DNA of 64,000 nt, taken from the NCBI GenBank assembly GCA_964016885.1, contig OZ024746.1, positions 37,200,001 to 37,264,000 of the forward strand. The letters run 5' to 3'. The notes under the pieces were generated by a model. The model was not told the origin of the DNA and did no database searches. It saw only the letters and a list, made by a program, of their open reading frames with translations. This DNA comes from Eledone cirrhosa. Taxonomy: Eukaryota. The translations under genes and the position numbers were made by a program. Below are positions 55,572 to 64,000 of this stretch, in pieces (the first letter of the stretch is position 1; each line of letters opens with the position of its first letter).

Positions 55572-56070
55572 AATAACATTCGGTTCGTTTGCAATTATGC
55601 AAACAGGCCTCAATTGTATAGCCATATCAGTAGAATGAACCCTTCATTCTTGCTCTTCTGTTAGCATATGAACAGAACTGCAGACACTAATCGTTATGGG
55701 TATCACCCTTCATCATTACAGCTCACTGTTCACCTACCAAACTGTCAGAGCTGTTGAAAATATATGCTATTTTCAAACATATACATTGATTGATCGACCT
55801 GATTTGCATATTAGCACAGTGGCTGATCAGTCAGATCTGGATATTAGCAGATCCACTGATCAGCCAGATTTGCATATCAGCTGACTCGACAGTCTGTTCG
55901 CTGTATACGAGCGATAAATGGCCGACTTTGCGAAATTCAAATATAAAAGAAAATGTTCGCTCTACATGGCTGAATACAATAAATGTAATCTGAGATTTTG
56001 ACTATTAATAATAGCATTCGATTCGTTTGCAATTATGAAAACAAGCCTCAATTTTATAGCCATGTCAGTA
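55569..56070 (-). mobile_element. Family E monomer, ~1.15-mer with ~438-bp period; degenerate HHR at ~55675-55725
   Basis: GCCTCAATT.TATAGCCAT.TCAGTA at ~55607 and ~56045; aligns with 23189-23990. Confidence 0.8.
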
Positions 56071-56324
56071 TACAGGAATATATAGGTCACCAGTTGGTGC
56101 TGCTGATTACATGTATTCCATTACAACCTGTATCATGGTCGGGTCGTTGGCGACAAAACTGGCAACTCCACCAAGCTTTCTTGATGATGAGGGCGACTTT
56201 GGACATCCTGCAGGACAAAAAACAAAACCTGTTCGATAATTCTATTCAAGATGGCTTTGCTAACAACCCCCATATCTGATTTAGAGGGGGCGATTAGTCT
56301 AACAGGTAGTTCAGTACGAAAGTT

Positions 56325-58059
56325 CTACCTGTTAGGATAATCGCCCCCTCTAAATCAGATCTGGGGGTTGTTAGCAAAGCCATCTTCGATAGAATTATCC
56401 CACAGGTTCGTTCTAATTGCTCTTCTTTGAACTTAAATTTATGGTTTGGTACTTCTTCTTCTATTTCGCCCTCACTTCTCAACAATGCTCTATATTTCGC
56501 TTACAAATATTCAGACATCACCACAGATGAACTTCACATCATCCACACCGCACGTAAAACCACCTAGAGTTCAACAATGAATATTGGACCAGGGCTGATT
56601 CTTCTAACAACTTTGACATCACAATGGGAGCATCCGATTCATCCCAATTGACAGATTTAATTGGTATATTTAATTTGAACTCTTTCAATCGGAAAATTCT
56701 TCAACTTCGCGGTGGAATTTATCGTGACGATGGACTCTTTACTATCTTAAATTGCAACATAGTTAACCTTAATATTATTAAGAACAATATACGTAATCAA
56801 TTTAACCAACATAACTTAAAAATTGAACTTGATAACAGCATCAAACTAGCTCATTTCTTGGATGTATCTCTTAATCTTGACGATGTCCTATATTACCCTT
56901 ACCATAAAAACAATGAGAACCTAAATTAGGTTAATTTTAAATCTAACCACCCCACTAATATTAAAAATTCTAAAGTTAGTAATATTGAAAAAAGAATATC
57001 CAACCTATCATCTAATAAAAAGATCTTTGATTCTAACGCCAATTACTATAATAACGCACTTTCTAAAGCCGGTTATCCTGATAAAATCAAATATAGTAAA
57101 GAAACAAATTCTAGAAGATCTTACAGTAGAATAATTAATCATAATCATTCCAATAACTTTAATAAAAGACCTAGATACAAAAACATAATCTGGTATAATG
57201 CTCCTTTTTCCATCTCTATTAATAATAATATTCCTAAATTATTCTTTAGTGCCCTAAATAAATGCTTCCCTCCCTCACATATCTATAGTAAAATATTTAA
57301 CAAACACACTATAAAATTTTCCTATTCGACCTCCTCCAACATCTCCAACATTATCTCTAAACACAACAATAAAATACTAAATATTAAATATTTTCCTTCC
57401 AACACTGAATGTCATAATAAAAGTAATAGTACTCCCGTCGTCATTGTTAACTCTAGGCTAATTTCTGCAAACCCAAATACAACGTCAAACGCAACTTCGT
57501 TAAATGTTCTTAATCCCATTCTAAATCAAGAAACTATTATTCCTATCGTAATTAACTTCTCCAATCCAATTCCTTCTATAGATAACAATAGGTCACTTGT
57601 TAAGAACTCTGTTAATTTATCTAATCGCAATTGTAATTGCCCTGTTAAATATAAATGTCCTCTCAACAACCATTGTCTTGAAAAAACTTAATCTACGAAT
57701 GTAAAGTTATAACTGACACCAATTCCTTTACCTATGTTGGCTCCACTTCCACCTCCTTTAAAGCTCGTCTTTATAATCATCATTCTTCTTTTAAATACCA
57801 ACTTAAAAGAACCAAGACGGCACTCTCAGAACTCATATGGTCCTTGAAAAACAAAAATATTAACTATAACATCTTTTGGAAGAAGGTTCGTTCTGCTTCT
57901 CCATACTTGAATGGTTCTCTATCCAAGACATGTAATCTCTGTTTATGTGAGAAATTTACCATTATATCTAATTTAGATTCTATAATAAATAGACGCACTG
58001 ACTTGTTGTCTCTCTGCTTGCATTACTTCCACAGAACATTCCATAAAGTATACAGCTAA
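56325..58059 (+). pseudogene. PLE reverse transcriptase plus C-terminal GIY-YIG endonuclease, disrupted
   Basis: RIIAPSKSDLGVVSKAIFDRI, FDITMGASDS, GGIYRDDGL, FLDVSLNL, SNHP, IIWYNAPFS, CNCP..CPLNNHCL, TYVGST..FKAR..H, CNLCLCEK; stop at 56929, frameshifts, and apparent loss of the RT catalytic motif A region near 56455. Confidence 0.9.
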
Positions 58060-58946
58060 TATCTAATGCTTTACCAATTTAAAATCCTTTTCTCAAAGGA
58101 AGATATATATATACATATATATTTCTTTAAAAATATACCCATCTTTCTACCTTATTCCAATGTTATTTATTATATATTATATAATACTAGTTACTCATTC
58201 TATATCACTCCTATTTATCACTTCCCTTTCTTTCTTTTTTTATTTTAATTTTAATTTCTAACCTCTAATCTGTACCTTTTCTTCCTAGATACTTCTCAAT
58301 TCTCATTATTACTCGCCCACAATATATCCTTACCCTTTTAAATACTTTATATCACCTTGAAAAATCCTTCGTAAACATAAGCATTTTTTTGACGTTAGAT
58401 TATTCATCCTCAATTCATTATTTTTTTCTCCCTTTCATGCTCATCTAACTTATACATATTACACTTATTCATCCATTCTTCTACTTCTTTTCACAATATA
58501 TCCTTAATTACATTACTATTGTTATATTTTTATATTTGTTAATAATACATATCAACAATTTCTTTCCATCGCACATATTAGTAAACCCTTCAATATACAA
58601 ACCTTAATTTAACATTATTCTAAAATGTTTCTTTTCGTTAATTTTCAAATTCTTTTAATTTATCTTCCAACGGTTTTGTAACCTCTCTATGTAAAACAAT
58701 ATATGTTTCTTAGTTATAAAAGCTATCTCTCTCACTCTAACACCCATATCTCCTCCTATCTCATCCTTCCTTATTATACTCTCCCCCTCCACTTTTTACT
58801 CTCATCTCCTCCTCTTTTTTATCCTTTCCACCCATCCCTCATTTTTTTCCCCAATATCACACATCAATCTAAAACTACTTTTCATATGTTGATTTAAAAC
58901 TGCACTATTCACAAGTGTTTTTTAACCTTCATATCATGTCACCCTA

Positions 58947-59013
58947 TTTTATCTGACGAAAACTCAAATGTCATCGTATGATGATATTTGTTTTTGAAAT
59001 GCGCATAATAAAA
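58947..59013 (+). ncRNA. Minimal type I hammerhead ribozyme (family C)
   Basis: ttttat CTGACGA aaactcaaatgtcatc-gtat-gatgatatttgttttt GAAA tgcgca TA ataaaa. Confidence 0.85.
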
Positions 59014-59077
59014 TACATGGAACTCTTTTAACCATCTTTTGATCTTATATATTATATATATATATATATATATACAC

Positions 59078-59423
59078 TTGATATTAAATAAATGGAAACA
59101 ATATTTATAAAACCATATTTATTCTATTATATATATTTCAATGGTACCAACAATTTTGGTACGCTATCATCAGATAAAATACAAAATGCTTTATAAATAT
59201 TTGACATGACCAAGGATGATATATTTTAACGGTTCAAGTTATCCCTGTAAAGTCAGGGATAACTTGAACCGTTAAGGTATATCATCCTATCATCCTTGGT
59301 CATGTTAACTATATATAAAACATTTTGTTTTGTATTTTATCTCAACATGTTTGGTACCCTTGAAATATATATAATAGAATAAATATGGTTTTATAAATAT
59401 AGTTTCCATTTATTTAATATCAA
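59078..59423. mobile_element. 345-bp fold-back element (family J) with a 6-nt loop at 59248-59253
   Basis: ...AAGTTATCCCTG TAAAGT CAGGGATAACTT...; arms pair out to TTGATATTAAATAAATGGAAAC / GTTTCCATTTATTTAATATCAA. Confidence 0.85.
59122..59179 (-). ncRNA. Minimal type I hammerhead ribozyme (family J)
   Basis: Minus strand: ttttat CTGATGA tagc gtaccaa..ttggtac catt GAAA tatata TA atagaa; the right-arm copy has the core deleted. Confidence 0.7.
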
Positions 59424-59601
59424 TTAAATATTTACTCCAGAAATCTGTCGAGTGCTTTGAATCAGTTGTAATCATCTATATTTGTTTTATTTCCAACAAA
59501 TTAAATATCTCTCTTATATATATAAAAAGGTGATTTTTTTTTTTTTACAAAATGAAAAATACCCGAGGTGTCCTACACGAGTGAAAGTAGAAAGAAAAAG
59601 G

Positions 59602-60868
59602 GATGAAATCGAAAATGCAACTAGAGTCTTACTAAAAATATATATTTATATGTATTTGGTTCCTTAACCGGTTTCGCAGTTCTTCTGCTTTTCAAAAGTA
59701 GAGTTGAGATGGAGGGTCTGTGGTTTTTCTCACATCTGGTTGGTCTTTGAATGTTACTTGTTTCATATGGAAAAAAGTGGCTCGAAACGCCAGGTTTTTA
59801 GAGAAGTAATTTGAGTGGTTGGTCAATAAGTATAATAAATTTCGCACCAGTTCGCGTTACAAAGTTCTTCAAATAAGGTGGGGGGCTCAGGTTGTTTTTT
59901 CATATATGAATGTTTGAATTTCTTTTTACTTAAAAAAGGGGGCTCATGAAGGCTTTTTTTTATAAATGTAATTTGATTAGTTATAAATGAAATTATTGCT
60001 GTCACGTGAACAAGTTCATTAAAATCGCGCCCGTATTTGGGAATTTATTTTGTAGCATTTTAGAGAAATTTATGACAAACCAAAGATAATGGTCAAGAGA
60101 AATGGGATGGGTGAATTGTCTGGTTCGGGGAATATAGCAGGTTGTTTATAAATATATGAGTGAAGTTTGGTTGGTTGATGTAGTCACGTAAATAAGTATA
60201 TCAGCTTTCGCGTAAATTTGTTTGAATTTCTTTTTACTTTAAAAAAAGGGGCTCACGAAGGCTTTTTTTTTATAAATATAATTTGATTGGTTATAAATGA
60301 AATAATGACTGTCACGTGAACATGTTCATTAAATTCGCGCCTGTATTTGGGAATTTATTTTGTAGCCTTTTAGAGAATGTTATGACAAACAAAAGATAAT
60401 GGTCAAGAGAAATGGGATGGGAGAATTTTTCTGGTTCAGTGAGAATGGTTGGTTCGCTAGGGTGTCAGAATTCAGATTTTCTATTGAAATAAAGAAAGTA
60501 AAGATATGTATATATATGTGTGTGCTTGTGTGTGCGTGTGTGTGTGTGTGTATGAGTGCGTGTGTGTGTGTGTAGGAAGATGATATTAGTAGAAATTGGG
60601 GAGGGAGTTGTGTGTGTGTGTGTGTGTATATGGGTGTTATGTGTGTGTGTGGGGGAGTATGTTAAGATGGAGAGAATATATATATATTGTGTGTGTGTAT
60701 ATGTTTGTAGGAAAGTGATTGTATTAGTAAAAATGGGGGAGGGACTTGTGTGTGTGCGGGAGGCGGGGGTTATGTGTGTGACAGAAGAACAACGAAACGG
60801 GTAAAGGAACCAAATAAATATATATATTTTATTAAAAATAAGTCTCCAGTTGCATTTTCGATTTCATC
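59602..60868. mobile_element. PLE-like tail (family K, minus) with short inverted terminal copy (59602-59687 vs 60782-60868) and an internal direct repeat (~59910-60128 vs ~60220-60438)
   Basis: GATGAAATCGAAAATGCAACT...GGTTCCTTAACCGGTTTCG is mirrored by CGAAACGGGTAAAGGAACC...AGTTGCATTTTCGATTTCATC. Confidence 0.7.
59663..59698 (-). ncRNA. Minimal type I hammerhead, U3-A8 core variant (family K)
   Basis: Minus strand: ctt TTGAAAA gcag-aagaa-ctgc GAAA ccgg TT aag. Confidence 0.6.
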
Positions 60869-60880
60869 TTTATATATATA

Positions 60881-60997
<117 letters not shown>

Positions 60998-61013
60998 ATA
61001 TATATATATATAG

Positions 61014-62163
61014 AGAGTTTTTTTTCAGAATGTATTTGACTGCTATTTCTTGTAAATAAACATTCACTTCCATCCTGACGTCACTAGCCCCGTTTTTTCC
61101 TCATCTGCTTTTTCATAAATACACATGAAGGCGAACTAGCCAGTTTTAGAATTCCCTTTTTCGGATTATATTACTGTGAGAGCCCTGGTTTTCTGTTGAG
61201 CTCTGCTGATGATTGAAATTCCAACCGTGACCATCTCCACTGAAAGTTTTCATGAAATAGTCTTTTAAGACTATACAGAGCATTTGATGTTATTCCAAAT
61301 TGAAGGATAAGTGTTTCAAACTTTATTTTATCATGAGTTAAAGGTCTATAGATTTTCCCTGGATTTTACTAAATTCTGTGGATGAATTTATATCCTGATT
61401 CTCTTTTGAGATGAGTTTGAGTTATTTTTCCTAAATCTTTTGTTAACTACTTTTCCCATCTTGACGTTATAGTCGCATATATGTTATAGAATGCCGTTAG
61501 CTTCTTGCTAAAACAATCTCTATACCTCTCATTTATATTTATACTCGGATTCTTTTCCTAGAGTGCTTAAACTATCTGTGACTAATCCCGGTTTTTTTCA
61601 TAAAAACTGTGATAATTATTGCTATTTTGCTGAACTCCTTTGTAGAGTTTTTTTTCAGAATGTATTTGACTGCTATTTCTTGTAAATAAACATTCACTTC
61701 CATCCTGACGTCACTAGCCCCGTTTTTTCCTCATCTGCTTTTTCATAAATACACATGAAGGCGAACTAGCCAGTTTTAGAATTCCATTTTTCGGATTATA
61801 TTACTGTGAGAGCCCTGGTTTTCTGTTGAGCTCTGCTGATGATTGAAATTCCAACCGTGACCATCTCCACTGAAAGTTTTCATGAAATAGTCTTTTAAGA
61901 CTATACAGAGCATTTGATGTTATTCCAAATTGAAGGATAAGTGTTTCAAACTTTATTTTATCATGAGTTAAAGGTCTATAGATTTTCCCTGGATTTTACT
62001 AAATTCTGTGGATGAATTTATATCCTGATTCTCTTTTGAGATGAGTTTGAGTTATTTTTCCTAAATCTTTTGTTAACTACTTTTCCCATCTTGACGTTAT
62101 AGTCGCATATATGTTATAAAATGCCGTTAGCTTCTTGCTAACACAATCTCTATACCTCTCATT

Positions 62164-62165
<2 letters not shown>
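61014..62165. repeat. Near-identical tandem duplication, 630-bp period (1.8 copies)
   Basis: 61014-61535 is repeated at 61644-62165 with about 3 mismatches seen; (TA)n on both flanks. Confidence 0.9.
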
Positions 62166-62239
<74 letters not shown>

Positions 62240-63869
62240 GCCAACTGAAACAATAAATGTATATCCCCATCATCTCAAAAATCACATCAAACGTTACTTT
62301 TTTGTTGGATAGCCGATCTGAAGAGCAGAACATTAACTGAATGGGGTATTGTACCCTCAGTCGTGTAACGTCAGGATAATCGATATAAACATCACCCTCA
62401 TGAATATTCTTGCTCGGGATAGACTTTAGACTCATAGAATTATAATTTTGAAAATATACAGCAAAAACATTTTTTCAGAAAAAGTAAGAAGGTATGAAAT
62501 TAATTCCATATTTCAGTAATTTAGAGTTTCGGGCTTTCTTGTAAATAATTATTTTAATTATCCTAACACGAAACTCATATTCTCCACTCACACTCAATAA
62601 ATCCCATATGAAAATATTCACTCGAGCGCATTCAACCTCGCCACTAATAACTAAGGGTAAGATGCAACACTTCTTTATTCATATAGATTGCGGTTGAGTT
62701 AAATGTGTTGCAGTATTGTATTCTTGGCTTCTTTCAACAAGCAATAAAGTCACAAAACTTTATCGCAAATCTACACTATTTTGTATATTATGACGGAGTA
62801 GGCTTATATTGATTTAGGTAATATATAATACATAGAGTATACCACAATAATATAAAATTTAATCATGTGCGTATATATATCCGATATATATATATATATA
62901 TATATGTGTTTGTGTGTGTGTGTGTGTCGGTGTGTGTTTGTATGTATGTGTGTGTGTACGTGTGTGTGTGTGTTTATAAGTTGACTGATTTATGCATTAC
63001 CAACGGTTTGATAGACAGTGAAAGTGAACTACCCCGAGGGGCATACAAGTTTAAATGGTGAATGGGAAAGATAGGGAGGTGTAGATAGTATATAACATGA
63101 ACAGCTACAAGGAAATGAACGACAACAGATGAAAATAGTTTCAGTGAGTTATTCAGCGGAGTAGAATTGGAAGAAAATGAAAAATAGAGAAAAAGATAAA
63201 GCGATGGTTAGTAAGAATGAGAGAAACGAGAGAAAGGAAGAGAAATAAAATTATGACTGTAGGAAAGATGGCATGGAGGACGTTGAAGCGGCTTACATTT
63301 GGGTGGACGAGAGAGAAAAGGGGAAGATGGTTGCAGAAATTTGTGAAGGGAGATTAGGCAGAAGTTAAATTTTATTCGATAAAGGAGGCTAAGAAAAAGG
63401 ACATAATCAGGCAGTCGTAGGATTTTAACCCCCGTGGAAATGAGCAACGAGCAATAAATATGTATTAAGGGTTTGATATGCAATTTGAAATATTCGATAT
63501 CATTTAGTGGTCATCATGAAAATCCATTTTATGTCATTAGATTAACGGCTATTCTTGTAGCAGATGCTAACTAGAGATATCCATATTTGAATTATATCAG
63601 TAATGTCTTAGAAATCTTTAGTTTTATTGCTAAATGACAAAATAAATAATGACAGAACTATGTCTATGATTTTATGAGGAATTTCTGAATTTGTGAAACC
63701 ATAATGGTATACTCGAATCGCCAGAAGTCTTTTATCTATTTAATAGATATACATTTTTAATAATTTCTGCATTGTGTTTCCAAAACGTTACGAATACTTG
63801 CATTCACGCACACGTCCACCACATCATAAACACATACCCCCATATATATATATATATACACACAGACAC

Positions 63870-63922
<53 letters not shown>

Positions 63923-63923
63923 G

Positions 63924-64000
63924 TAGAAATACCGTCTACAGGACTAGAACTGTTTCATTCGGGAGAAAGTATCAGGAAGCCGAATGGAACAGTTCTAGTC
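63924..64000. mobile_element. Tiny family A fold-back/HHR remnant, cut by window end
   Basis: TCTACAGGACTAGAACTGTTTCATTCGG...CCGAATGGAACAGTTCTAGTC; abuts (TA)n. Confidence 0.7.

Larger units (their letters stand above)
56226..59050 (+). mobile_element. Penelope-like element 2 (family C): 5'-truncated with 84-bp inverted duplication at the 5' junction; 3' UTR with HHR
   Basis: Arms 56226-56309 and 56325-56408; RT and EN remnant follow; tail homologous to 12812-13620; ends in (TA)n. Confidence 0.9.

Noticed and set aside
61207-61225. CTGATGATTGAAA (also ~61837), plus CTGATGA at 16569 and CTGAAGA at 62318
   Set aside because: No stem II/III/I pairing around the core; treated as chance matches
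62184-62435. 83-aa minus-strand ORF with ordinary composition
   Set aside because: No recognisable motif or splice context; runs into a TA tract
63100-63483. Minus-strand YIFIARCSFPRGLKS resembling a PLE N-terminal motif
   Set aside because: Single short motif in low-complexity sequence; too weak to annotate

Overview
AT-rich, microsatellite-dense eukaryotic DNA, most likely an animal. The SINE and repeat landscape resemble coleoid cephalopods such as octopus, but that is inference only. I found no credible host protein-coding gene; almost all long ORFs in the track are (TA)n/(CA)n artefacts. The window is a pile of transposable-element remnants: three Penelope-like elements (PLEs) with RT and/or GIY-YIG endonuclease remnants, Tx1/L1-like LINE pieces, an R4/Dong-like fossil, other LINE fossils, one Chapaev3-like (CMC) DNA transposon with TIRs, and about 12 copies of a tRNA-derived SINE. 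The main signal not shown by the ORF track is about 20 type I hammerhead ribozyme (HHR) motifs from about 11 apparently distinct repeat families, folded by eye. Most sit in head-to-head fold-back (inverted-repeat) elements of 0.1-1.8 kb, or in tandem 420-440 bp non-coding monomers resembling retrozymes, usually abutting (TA)n tracts. Several have palindromic minimal stem III or U3-A8/C4 core variants. All alignments and folds were done by eye, so coordinates are approximate to a few bases.
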